64,000 bases of DNA, taken from the human T2T-CHM13v2.0 reference genome, Homo sapiens. The notes beneath the pieces are model-generated. The model was not told where the DNA came from and did not search any database. It worked only from the letters and a program-made list of their open reading frames with translations. The stretch is taken from the NCBI RefSeq assembly GCF_009914755.1, contig NC_060926.1; one strand, 5' to 3'. The translations under genes were made by a program, and so were the position numbers. Shown piece after piece: positions 18,614-41,301 of the stretch. Within the stretch, counting starts at the first letter, position 1; each line of letters opens with the position of its first letter.

Positions 18614-19799
18614 TTAATGATCATTTATTTTTTAATTAATTAGTTAATTTTTAAATAGGGGTGGGGTTTTGCTACATTGCTCAGGCTGGTCTCAAAGTCT
18701 TTCCACTTCGGTCTCCCAAAATGCTGAGATTATATGATCACTTATGTCATTTAATATTCCTCTAAAATGTTTTTAATGACAGCATGATTATAAAATTACT
18801 AATTTGTTCAATCCTCTTGTTGGACATATATGTTGTTTGCAATTTTGTCTTATAAACATAATTGAATGGTTACAGATGTCGCTCATCCATAACGTAGATA
18901 CCCAGTACTTAAATATACAGTGTTATATTTTCATGTCTCTTTCAAATCATTTCATATTTCTAAAAGAGACCGATCTAAGAGCAAAAACATTTACACTCAG
19001 CTTCCTCTGATTCTCCAGACATCCTCCAGCATTTAAGCCCCTTGCTTGAAGTGCAGTGATCCAAAATATATTGTCTATTCAGCACTGTGAACTTGGCAGT
19101 GAACAGAGTGCCTTCCTGAACTCTATAATCTAAATAAAATGATGGGAGCACTTACTGTGAGCACACCAGGCTCAGTCATGCTTAGACATTTTGCATGCGT
19201 TATCTCATTCCATTTTCATCACAATTCTCTAACTTGAACTTGAAGTCCCCATTTTCAAAACTGGGGTATTGAGAGATTGGGTAACTTGGAAAGGGCCCAG
19301 CTAGTAAGTGGCAGAACTGAGACTTGAGGTCCAATCGTTTTGACTCCAAAGCCAGAGCTCAAAACTCCTGCAGAGGGCTCTTGGCTGTAGCCCAAAGACT
19401 CTTCCCTAAGCACCAGCCACACTCCTTCTCTTCTTTCTCTTCTTTCTCCAGCCCAGGACTCTTGAGGTCAGGGACCTCTCCTATTCCCTGTGGTACCTCC
19501 AAGATGTAGTTAACCTACCATGTAGGCTAACTCCATCAAAGATAGGTTGAAAGTGACTGAATGCAGGAGTGGCAATGTGCCATATATTTATAATAGGGCA
19601 AAATTCGCATCTTCCCAAAGAACCCTGTGAGGAGAAAAAGGAACTTGGAAGTGAGAAATAAAAGGAGGAAAAGAAGCAGAGATGAATGGAGCTTTTTAAA
19701 GTAGTAAATGCTAATAGCACGTCGTTGCCAATTGCTTAATATGCACTGTTCACTCTGCCATATCATTTAATTCCCGGGAAAACCTTATGAGGCAGGTAC

Positions 19800-19841
<42 letters not shown>

Positions 19842-19874
19842 GAGACAGTTTCGCTCTTGTTGCCCAGGCTGTAG

Positions 19875-20000
<126 letters not shown>

Positions 20001-20368
20001 TAGTAGAGATGAGGTTTCTTCATGTTGGTCAGCTGGTCTCAAACTCCTGACTTCAGGCGATCTGCCTGCTTTGGCCTCCCAAAGTGCTGGGATTACAGGC
20101 GTGAGTCACCACGCTTGGCCGACAGGTACTATTATTAACCACAGTTTACAGCTCACCAAAAAGTCCACTGACGTTATGTAGAAACTTATGTAGGCCAGTT
20201 ACAGTGGCTCCAACTTGTAATTCCAGCACTTTGGGAGGCTGAGGTGGGTGGATCACCTGAGTTCAGGAGTTCAATACTAGCCTGGCCAGCATGGTGAAAC
20301 CCTGTCTCTACCAAAAATACAAAAATTAGCTGGGCATGGTGGCGGGTGCCTGTAATCCCAGCTACTCA

Positions 20369-20470
<102 letters not shown>

Positions 20471-20473
20471 TCA

Positions 20474-20665
<192 letters not shown>

Positions 20666-21580
20666 TTACAGGCTGAGTGCTAGTAACTAGGTCTTTGCAT
20701 GGGGCCTAGAGGGGTGGTTTAGAGCTTGTAATGCCAGAGACACTTGGAGGTAGAAGAATGAAGTTCAAGACCCGGTTCTACCACTAAGTGTGCTTTGATC
20801 AGCTCAGTTAATCTCCTTGAGCCTGCTTCCTCATCTGTGAAAGAGGATCATGGTCTTCCTGGTATGTCTACACCTCGTGTGTATGCACATATCACATCCT
20901 GCTTAGTGTTTTGTGTTCAGACCTTAGTGAGTTGGAACTGCTCAGTATTCTGTTTATCAGACTTGCTTTGCTCTAGTACTAGTATGAAAATGCTGATTTA
21001 TTTTTGCATGCTCCACAGTGCCTGGCAAATATTGTGGGGGAAAAAAAAAAACTTGTTAGATGAGGAAGTGAGCAGAGGTGACTTCTCCTTGTCTGTGTAC
21101 ACTAGGACAAATCCTGAGAATTCCCTGGCCTTAATTTCTCTGACCAAAACAGTGACAATGATAACAATGGCTGTCCTAAAATCACAAAGGCTTTTTGGGT
21201 GAAAAAGAAAATACAGATGAGAGGACTTTGGGCCCTGAAGAAGGATGGTAGATGATTTCGAGAGATTATTACAATGTGCTGCACTTAATATGTAAAACCG
21301 TAAAGAAACCTAAGAAAGCAGGAGAGGGAGAAGTGAGGGGAGCTCTTATTCGGTTGCTCTCACCAGAAATGCTGTTCTATCTTATCCTCATAACAAGCCT
21401 AAAAAGCAGGCATAATCTTGCTCCTTTGTTTTCAGCTGGGAAACCTGAAACATAGCAAGTGTAAGCGGCTTTTCTGACTGTCTGATTTCAAAGCCTAATC
21501 TGTTTCTACAGCACCGTATTGACTTGCAAGGGACAATTCTACTTGCATTTTTCTGTACTATAGATCTGTCCCCATAGAAA

Positions 21581-21984
21581 AACTCCCCAGGGCTCTTCTC
21601 AGCAAAAGCCAGAACAACCCACGTGAGCTGATTGAGATTCAAGGATATCTGGGCTGATTTGGAAAGGGCATCATCTTCGGATGGCTATGAAGTAATAAAG
21701 AAGTTCAAAATATGTCAGCTGGGAGTGGCCAGAGGACAACAGACCAACGAGGCCAGCCTCACCCTTCTGGTTCCCAAACCTGACGGGACTGTTCAATGTT
21801 GCACAGACTTCAGCTGGCTCAATGCACGATCAGTGCCAACTGCAGAAACATTTCAGAAGTAACTAACTAAAGCCAAATTCATAATAAGCTGCAGATGACT
21901 CAAGACTCCTGGCATTTCCTCCCCAGCCTTTATTCCTGGGAAGAGATGGTGTTTATTATGACCTGGGTACTATATTTTTCATAA
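21581..21984 (+). mobile_element. Degenerate Ty3/Gypsy-type LTR-retrotransposon pol (RT N-terminal) fragment
   Basis: Collinear frameshifted blocks: SPGLFSAKARTTHV / KEVQNMxQLGV / ASLTLLVPKPDGTVQCCTDFSWLNA / KAKFIxKLQMTQDSWH...EEMVFIMTWVLY. These match the Gypsy RT motif order. Confidence 0.75.
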
Positions 21985-22931
21985 CCTGGGGAGTATTTTA
22001 AAAGCAGTGATTAAGGCACACAAACTTTTAAGTCTTTTAGCAGCAGATTTCAGAAACTTTAAAGTTGTATAGGGAGGGGACAGAAAATGGGTTGCTAAAT
22101 GGTGCTTCAGGTTGAAATATGGAAGAAAAATACTTTCCTTATACAGTGTAAATGCTAAATCATACTCTTTTAATATACCAAGGGAGCAGGCTCCAGAACT
22201 TTTTGTTGTTTTCTCCCTATTTATCTGTTAAAGGCTGATCTTTGTGAGAGAAAAACACAAGTTAGCTCAAAACTGGTAAGTACACATGTGGTTGCCTTTG
22301 AGAAATGCAAATCAAACAACCTCTTGGACAAGATTCCCGCCCGCCTTGCCACCTTTTCAAGATGTAAGTTGTTTAACAAGGCATCTTTATTTGGCTTCAG
22401 AATCTTACTCAAGTTCTGAGCTGTGGTAAACTCTGATGACATTGGATTATCCTTTACTGATAAGATACATTTGATAACTTTTTTGATCTTTAGAAAGCAA
22501 ACAGCAGAATGCCAAGATTTATGAATAATATATAATCTCAATCATGCAAAGAAATCTGCATCTATACATGAATATGCATTAATGGTAATAAAGAATTTAA
22601 ATGTTAACAGCAGCTAATTATAGAATTACAAGTAATTTTTATTTTCTTCCTTATACTTCTCTGTTTGCCAAATTCTTTTTAAAAAACAGAAATTTCAAGC
22701 TCATTCTTGTTGGAGAAAAGAAAAGGAGAGAATTACCTATATAAGCAGATAAAAAGTTATTTGAAAAATATCAAGCTACCCCTGCAGCAGTAGACATCAT
22801 CCATTATAAATTCAGCTATGAAACAAGAAACTTAAGATGTGAAAGACCAGAAAGATTTTAGATTTTGAGTAGGAAGATTTTGAGGAAGACAAGGAACACT
22901 GTAGGTCCTTATTATTTTCTTAATCAGATGA

Positions 22932-23985
<1,054 letters not shown>

Positions 23986-25592
23986 CAAAACAAAGTATTT
24001 ACAGGTAACCAGGTGTATAGAAAGAGTGGTGCCACGAGCCAGGTCACAGATACTTCTAAATGTGTTGCTCAGTCTCTGAGAAGCCAGGTCCATGGCTTTG
24101 AACCTTGCAGATGGGAAAATGTGGACTAAAATAGAAAGCATGTGTTCTTCCTCACCCTGATTATCTAGTCCTGCAGGCTTGTTGGGAGCAGTAGAAAGGA
24201 CATAAGACTCAGCCACAGGCCCGAGTTCCAACTGTAGCTCTGACATAACCAGCTGTGTGACACTGGGCAATTCACGTAACTTCTGTGGGCATCTCCACCC
24301 TTGTTTGCAGATGAGATCTGCCCCCAGCTCTAAGATGTTTTCCCTGGCTGGATAAAATGTCGTGCCTGGATAACGTCCAAGATTGGAGACCACCCCGCTT
24401 TAATGTCTAACTGGGCCACTCCTTCCCTGGAATAGCCACTTAATGTCCTCAAACATACCGGAGTTTCCCCATCCCTTGGTTTCAGGTATCCTCCCTCAGG
24501 AAGATGTTGCAAGGACTGACTAATGCACATTAGTGTCCCAATAACGATGCCTGCTGCAGGTGCTGGGACTTCCAAGTCTAACCTAGGCTGGCAGTACGAC
24601 CCCACTGTGATCTTAAAGCCACCTTTCTGTCCCGTCTCTGGGGCTTCCCATCCCACCCTATGTGATTACAGCTTAAGTCTCAGATGATGTCAAATCCTTC
24701 TGCCAAAGACCCTGATGCATTCACAAGAATGGGTTGATAGATAAGGCTAGTTTACACAGGAGGGGGAGTCCACGTTTAAGGAAGCAAGAACACCGTCTCC
24801 AATGCCCCCTCGAAGGACACTCTTGAGATCTTCATCTTTCCCAGAAACCACTGAAAACATCGCCCACATGGAAGGATGCTTTAAAGCCTTCTCCTTCGGT
24901 CCAGAGAAAATGAATTCTCCGAGTTTTCCTTTGGTTTTGTCTTGTTTTTAACCTTCACACGTTAATTTCCAGGGTTTCCCCCTCCTGGTTCCAGACAGCA
25001 CCGATCATGAACTCATCTCTGATCGTCGTACGGTGAGTTGTAACCGCCCCCCGACCCCCCATCCACAGGGCAATTCGGAAGGTGGAGAGGGTGAGGTGGG
25101 AGTTTCCTGGGCAACCGGGCGCACACCCGCGCCCACACGGACAGGAAAAGCTTCGCTGTCTACGCAGGTGCGTCCCGAGCACCTGCGCACCTGTTGCGCG
25201 GCTCCCCACAGGTGGGCCCTGTCTCTTGCACTGGCCTGGAGACACCTGGGAGTAGGTGATTCCCCTGAGATCCGCGCATGTCTCTGTGAGGCGAGAGTGG
25301 GTGGGCAAGCGGGGCTGCGGCGGCCGCAGCGGGAGGGCGGGGTGGTCCCGAGCTCAGAGCCTTTTCCCGACTCCCACCCGGCTCAGCCGTCCACGCGTCC
25401 CGGACGCGGCAGCGCAGTCGTGCGGCAGGAGACCCCGTGGGACGCGCCGCAGAAGCCCCCAGGGCCCCGGCCCTCGCGCGTAGGGGACTGGAGACCCTGC
25501 GCGTCTCCTCCGCGCCTTCCTGCCCGGCGCCTGCACCTGCTCCCCGGCTCTCGGGCCCCTGGCTGGAGCGAGGCGGGAGGCGGACGGCCCGT

Positions 25593-25660
25593 ATGCAAAT
25601 ATCCGGCGGGGCCGGGGCCGCCTCCAGAGCCCGGGATAAAAGGCGGGGCGGGGCGCGGGG
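25593..25660 (+). promoter_or_regulatory. Core promoter: octamer ATGCAAAT (25593-25600), TATA-like GATAAAA (25635-25641), GC boxes (GGGGCGGGGC)
   Basis: Motifs read directly. The TATA-like box lies ~125 nt upstream of the exon-1 donor, which would put the TSS near 25665. Confidence 0.65.
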
Positions 25661-25664
25661 CAGC

Positions 25665-25766
25665 GAAGCCGCTGCCTCCCGGGAGCCGGCAGAGCGCTCC
25701 GGCCCCGCACCCGCCGCCCGTCGCCCGCAGCCCCCTACCGCGCGGCCCGCGCCCCGCCGGCTCCCG
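25665..25766 (+). other. ATP6V1C2: ATP6V1C2 non-coding exon 1 (5' UTR); start approximate
   Basis: Strong donor CCG|GTAAGG at 25766/25767, downstream of the TATA-like box within the CpG island. No ATG in the exon. Confidence 0.75.
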
Positions 25767-26884
25767 GTAAGGACGCACCGCGGAGCGGGGACCCGAGGCA
25801 GGGGCGGGGTGGGGACACAGGCACGGGGTCCGGCTGCGCACCAGCCTGCGCTTTCCCATTGGAAACGTGGGCAGCGTGCACCTCCGCGCGCTTCCCCGCG
25901 GCCGGGCTGGTAGCATCTCCGCAGGTGCTGCGGCGGGCCAGTTCGTCCCCAGGCCATGGGCAGTCAAGGCGGAAAGGAGCTGCGTTGGGTCTGCGCGGGG
26001 TTAGGAGAGAACAAAATGCCCTCGGATTGGAGCGGGACCGGGAGTCCGAAAGGAAGAGGTTCCACCAGGGGTCTCTGGCTCCTCAGAGCTTATCCTGCTT
26101 TCCCCCAGCCGTCCGGAGACGCCGCGGGGAGGCAAGCGGAAAGGGGGAACCTGGCCGAGGGGGAAAGGTGCGGGTGTGGACACCTGTGAAGGAGCAGCAC
26201 GAATCGAATCGGCCGTAGAGGCTGCAGACGCGGCCGCGAAACCACCGGCCACGCCGGGCAAGGGACCCAGCACTGCTGAGCGGGCACCTCGCCTAGTGGA
26301 AAAAAGACTTTAGTAGTTCCCCTCACCCCCTACTACTTTTTTTTTTCTTATTTAAAAAAATCCTCTGAAGTCTATTTTTAAAGCTAATACCAATCACAAG
26401 GTTGGCCAGTTTGACCTGCGGTTTGACCTGGTAGCCTGTTGTGAAAATCCCTTCCTCATCCCACGCCTTCCTCCACCCTATCCTGCATCCCAGAAGATGC
26501 AGTGTGGAAGGAAGACAAATATTCCCCCAGAAGGTGTCCGCCTCCAGCTTACTGTCCTCCCGTTTTATGATGCCTGATAGGGGTTGTTCACTGAGGTGGA
26601 GAGAAAGAAAGGAACCTCTCCCTCCTCCTCTGCTCCTGAAAACCAGCCAGAACCACTGCAGGGACCAAGGAGCTTTGGAGTTTCGGGAACACCTGAGGGC
26701 TGCCCAGGTGGAGATAAGAGCTTTGCTTTTGCAAATGGATGTCCTTGGAGCTCATCCTAGAAAGGATGAATTGGAGGGTAGGGAGTGGTGAGGCGGGGAT
26801 ATCTGACACATCTCTCCTTCTGTTTCTGTTTGTGTATGTTTGTCCTGGTTCTGGGCAGTCACTGGGTAAGAGAAGACTGGAAGC

Positions 26885-27013
26885 ATGTCGGAGTTTTGGT
26901 TAATTTCTGCCCCTGGCGATAAGGAAAATTTGCAAGCTCTGGAGAGGATGAATACTGTAACCTCCAAGTCCAACCTGTCTTATAATACCAAATTCGCTAT
27001 TCCTGACTTCAAG
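26885..27013 (+). CDS. ATP6V1C2: V-type proton ATPase subunit C2, first coding exon (exon 2; exon starts 26859 after ...GGGCAG), codons 1-43
   Basis: Translates to [43 protein letters not shown], the V-ATPase subunit C N-terminus (C2 type). In-frame upstream TAA at 26867, A at -3, donor AAG|GTAAAA, phase 0. Confidence 0.97.
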
Positions 27014-27590
27014 GTAAAATTCTTGGGGAGGAGTGAAAAAGGGATGGATTGGTCAGGGGGAGACAGGAGAGGGAGACAGGTTGCTACCTCAGGAAGCCAA
27101 GGAGAAAGTATCAAGGCAAAGCAGGGGCTCTGAGGACAAGCTGAGGTTTGAGGATGGACGGGGAGGTGATGGGCTAGGTGGGATATCATGCCATAGTCCC
27201 AAATAAATTGTGATACCTATGTAGATGCAGCCACAGGAAGGAATGAACAGGGGGACAAGGTTGTGGGTAGCAGTGTCTAATGCTTCAAAAAGTGGGAAGC
27301 ACGTTAAATGCACACTCAGGTTCTCTTGGGTGTTCCTCTGGCTCCTCCTGGTTTGTCTGCAACATCTCAGAAGACCCACCATATAGTTTAGATGTGCAGG
27401 CTTGGGGGGCTTCAGCCTTGATTGTACTCTTGACCTGGGGGCAGGGGAGGAAATCTAGGATCCCTTTGGTCCTGAGGGAGGGGAAGGGAGGGAATTTGGT
27501 GACAGAAGAGAGTTTGGGTCATGCCCAGGCATCTAAGGGTTCTTGGAGTGGAGGGCAAAGTTCAAACGAAACCAACATTAAGGAAGAATG

Positions 27591-30130
<2,540 letters not shown>

Positions 30131-30531
30131 CAACTGATGGGACTGTCTTGGAGCAGAAAAGCTTTTAGGAATGAGAACTTCTTTAACTTGCTTTCTGGTG
30201 TATCTCTTCCTCAGCTATGGGGATTAACAACATGACTGACTAGCAGGCTGCCATTCTAAGAGGAAAATGAGCTGAGGTCAGATGGTAACATCATAGTCAC
30301 TCCTTCCTATGGCAGGCATATGACAGTTTATCCTGTTGGTCAAAAATAAGTAAATAAAGACACCCCCAAATCCACTGGTTTCCATTAAGAGTTTTTTCTA
30401 CTTTCCACTTTGGCCATTGACCAAGGGTGACAAATTCAAGATGAAGTGACAGAGTCCCTGCCGTGTTGTTGAGATGGCATCATGCTTGGCCAGAAACCTG
30501 TGAGCCTCTGACGTTTTTATGATCTGTCTAG

Positions 30532-30599
30532 GTGGGGACCTTGGATTCCCTGGTTGGCCTCTCTGATGAGTTGGGGAAACTCGACACCTTTGCTGAAAG
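30532..30599 (+). CDS. ATP6V1C2: ATP6V1C2 exon 3 (68 nt)
   Basis: Acceptor ...TCTGTCTAG|, translation VGTLDSLVGLSDELGKLDTFAE+AG (conserved subunit-C motif KVGTLD.LV.LSD.L.KLD), donor |GTAAAA, phase 2. Confidence 0.96.
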
Positions 30600-30959
30600 G
30601 TAAAATATTCCTTATTTACTACATACAAGTGAGAATTTGACATTGTTGTCAGAGGACACAGTGTTCTTGCTTTGGCTGAACCGGAGTATGGACTTGTCTA
30701 GACCTGGTTCCAAAAGTGAGCAGAGAAAACCGATCAGTCCCCCTGCGGGTGCTGGGTCTGCAGGAGCCCGCCTGATCCCTCCTGGTGTTTTGTCTGCTGG
30801 AGGCAGCACTTGTTAAGGGGTTGCCTTCAACCTGAAGATCATGCATAGGTGCCGAGACACTTGGAAAAGTCCTTGGTGTAGTTTCCCACCAAGCCTTTTT
30901 AAGTTTGTTTATTTTTTAGTAATAAATGCTCATAGCACAAAATTTCAACTACAAAAAGA

Positions 30960-37102
<6,143 letters not shown>

Positions 37103-37821
37103 CTAGGTGTGGCAAGAATGAAAAATCACTGTGCATTGTTTTCGTTTTCCTTGTGGGTATATATTCTTAAGAGCCTTCCTATCAGGGGGAAGGAAAATGG
37201 TGTGGTCTGAGCACGTCAAAATTCTAATCTTAGCTTTTTTCTAGTCCAGGGGTCAGGGTGTCCTGTGTTGGGAGTTGGTAGAGGTTGGGGTAAAAGAGTG
37301 GGTTATATGTACTAATAAATCTGGAGAATGGCATCAGTTCTTTGAAAAGTCCTCGAGTGTTATTAGGTAAATAAATGCTAGCTGGGTCTGTAACCTCGGT
37401 AGCATAAACCTGTCAGCACTGCTTCTGCCCAGGAGAACAGAGAAGGCACAAGCGTTTTCAGGGTGTATTGTTTCAATATCCTTTTATTATTTATTTACTT
37501 AGGGCACTAGAGTGTTTTTCCATGTAGTTGGAAGGCAGCTTTTGCTTACGAGAGCTTTCTCTCTCTTTTTTTAATTTATTCCTTCATACTGCCTTTGTTA
37601 ATTTATTCTGTATTTGCCCTATCATTCATGAACATTTGAAAAACCAAATGCTATTATCTTAAAAAAAAAAAACCTCTCTCCCTGTTTTAAAAAAAAAGTT
37701 TGAGTCCTTCACAGTATCTTAGCCTGTTTTGCGGTGTTGATTGACAGAGTGCATTTCCCAGGCGCTGGGGCGGTCAGCGGGACCTCAGCAGGACCTTCTG
37801 GGTGCTGTGGTGCTTGGTGAC

Positions 37822-37880
37822 CGTTGCTTGCCCCTAAGTGCTTCCCCTGTCGTTGCTTGCCCCTGAGTGCTTCCCCTGTC
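37822..37880. repeat. 29-bp tandem duplication
   Basis: CGTTGCTTGCCCCT(A/G)AGTGCTTCCCCTGT x2. Confidence 0.95.
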
Positions 37881-38829
37881 TATGGAATAGCTGCTGGCTT
37901 CTTCTTTACCCACATGGTTCCATGGAGCTGACTGAGGGTTGGCTGATCAAAGATTTCATAGCTGAGTGTGGATGTCTGCTTAGTGATACGTGTGAGTCAG
38001 TTCTTGTAAGGGCATTCTAAAGAGAAGTAAACTGGAATTGTAAAAAGCATATAGGCTTTTCTTCTCTGTTGGTGGAAGAATGTCAGATTGAGATGACCTA
38101 TGTGGCATTTCATGGGATTCAGTGAATAGACCGCGGTTGCATGTCTCTGTATGCCGCATGCATGGTGGGTTGCTCTAAGCTGCTGGCAGCCCTACTGTGT
38201 GTGTCTGCTGGGCTCCCACTTTCCATGGCGGCTGTTCCAAGCCTCTTCACCCCTCCTCCTCCCATCTGCCCCTGCTGAGCCCTCTTCCTCCTTCCCAGCT
38301 CCTGGAGACTCTTTTCCCCACCTCTTCCCACACCCTCTACCATCACACTCACAGATTTACCCTCTCTAACACACCCGGTGCTCCCCTCTTTCATGGCACT
38401 TGCCACAGTGGATTTTGACGTCTTCTTGTGGGATTATTTGGTCATATTTTTCTTCCCTGTCTTTTGCTTATGATTAGATCCCTAGCACCTGTAACATGGC
38501 GGCCCTTGGTGACTGATTGAATGGATGAATAGAGGGAAGCATCCTGGGTTATAAGAGCTGGGCAGCCCGTTAGAGATCTTATCTAACCTGCAAGAGTTCC
38601 AAATGAGGAAACAGGCCCAGAGAGAAGATCCTAGAAAGACAAAGGCAGACAGGGGTGGCAGAGGAGGGAATACACTCCAGATCCATCAACTTGCCATTAA
38701 TGGTCTGCCTGTCTGGGTCCATCTGCCCTGGGGGACTCTGTGCCCTGGGCTTTCCACGATGCTTCCAGCTCGGAGTCATCGGTAGAACTGACCAGAAAAT
38801 GGCCTTTTTCTCTTCCATTCCACCCTCCT

Positions 38830-39552
<723 letters not shown>

Positions 39553-39914
39553 GGCTGGAGCTCTAGAGAATTATTATCAAATTTGGACATGTGAACAAAT
39601 CTCCTGGTCTTTTTTTTTTTTTTCTCTCTTTTTTTGAGAAAGGATCTTGCTCTGTCACCCATGCTAGTGTTAGTCATGATCACAGCTCACTGCAGCCTTG
39701 AACTCCTGGGCTCAAGCCATCCTCCTGCCTCAGCCTCCTACAGGAGTGTGCCACTATGCCTGGCTAATTTTTTTTTTTTCATTTCTCTTTTGTAGAGATG
39801 GGGGTCTCTTTATGTTGCCCAGGCTGGTCTCAAACTCCTGGGCTCAAATGATACCGCTGACCATGGCCTCCCAAAGTACTAGGATTATAGGCATGAGCCA
39901 CTGTGCCAGGCCCT

Positions 39915-40245
39915 CCTGGAGACCTTGACAAAATGCAGATTCTGACTCAGTGGATCTGGGCTGGAGCCAGGATTCTGCATTTCTTGCAAGCTCCCCAGTG
40001 ATGCTGGTGTTGCTGGCCTGAAGACCACATTTGGCATACTAAGGCTGAACACGTTAACTCACGGCTCTCAAACTTGAGTATGCATCAGAATCATCCTGAA
40101 GGTTTGTTAAAAATACATCACTGGTCTCCACCCCGAGAATCTGTGATTCAGGAGGTCTGAGTTGGGGCCTGAGAACCTGCATTTCTACGAGTTCCCAGGT
40201 GATACTGATGCTGCGGGCCCTGCCACTGTGCTTTGAGGATAGCTG
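39915..40245 (+). mobile_element. Two tandem MER5-family (hAT-Charlie) relics
   Basis: AAAATGCAGATTCTGACTCAG...TCTGCATTTC...; TCTCAAACTTGAG...GCATCAGAATCA...CTGCATTTCTA...CCCAGGTGATACTGATGCTG. Confidence 0.8.
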
Positions 40246-41151
40246 CTTTGAATGGTAATGAGGTGATCTGTTTCTAGAAGGTTTTAAATATGTCATTATG
40301 ACATGTTTGGACCTGGTACGTTTTTAGTAGTTCTTTAATAATATTCACAAAATTTTTCAGTACTGTTGCTCTGTTAGTTTTCTCTTTGGAGGAGGAGTAG
40401 ATTCGCAAATTGCATTTTGCTAGAAAATCATTAGTTTCATGAACTCTTTCAAGTTATTTGAATAGAGTCTACCTATATATTGTATCTATGCATCCCCCAT
40501 TTTTTAGTATTTGCATTTTCTTTGATTAGGCTACCCAGTGGTTTACCTAGTTTGCTTTTAAGAGAAACAACTTTTTAATACATTGATCAATTTTATAGTT
40601 TTTCTGATTTCTAATAGTTTAACTTCTGCATTTATCATCTTTTCCTTCCTCTTCATTTGGGTTTATTTTCTTGCTCTTTTCTGTAAAACATGCTTAGTTA
40701 CATGCTTAGTTCATTTTTTTTTGTTTAGTTCTGTAATGCTAACAGCAATGAAGTTTTCTCTGAGTGTTATATAATTTAAATTTTGATATGTGGTATTTTC
40801 ATTATTTTTTTCCTAGATATTGTGCTTTTTTTTTTTTTTTTTTCTGACAAGCTCGAACTCCTGGGCTCAAGCCATCCTCCTGCCTCAGACTCTTGAGTAG
40901 CTGGGATTACAGGTGAACACCACCATGCACAACTAATAGTTTATATTTTTTATAGGGACGAGGGTTTCACTATGTTGCCTAGACTAGTCTTGAACTACTA
41001 GGCTCAAGGAGTCCTCCCACCTTGGCCTCCCAAAGTGCTGGGTTTATAGGCATGAACCGCTGTCCTCAGTCAATTCTGCAATTTTTAAATTCTTTTATTT
41101 TTGTTTTTGTTTTTCATTTCTAATTCTGTTGCTTTGTTAGAAAATGAATTA

Positions 41152-41301
<150 letters not shown>

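Larger units (their letters stand above)
25030..26300. promoter_or_regulatory. CpG island spanning the ATP6V1C2 promoter, exon 1 and start of intron 1
   Basis: Abrupt very GC- and CpG-rich stretch free of Alu, in contrast to CpG-poor flanks. Boundaries estimated by eye. Confidence 0.92.

Noticed and set aside
21632-21862. 76-aa ORF as a functional or domesticated RT gene
   Set aside because: Non-ATG start, homology spread over several frames with stops, catalytic Asp lost, no YxDD motif found. Kept only as a fossil.
25033-26326. Long overlapping ORFs (245, 265, 194 aa) on both strands
   Set aside because: Stop-codon scarcity in the CpG island; low-complexity Pro/Arg/Gly/Ala sequence with no recognisable domain.
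27014-27133. C-terminal half of the 82-aa ORF starting at 26885
   Set aside because: Read-through into intron 2; homology continues in exon 3.
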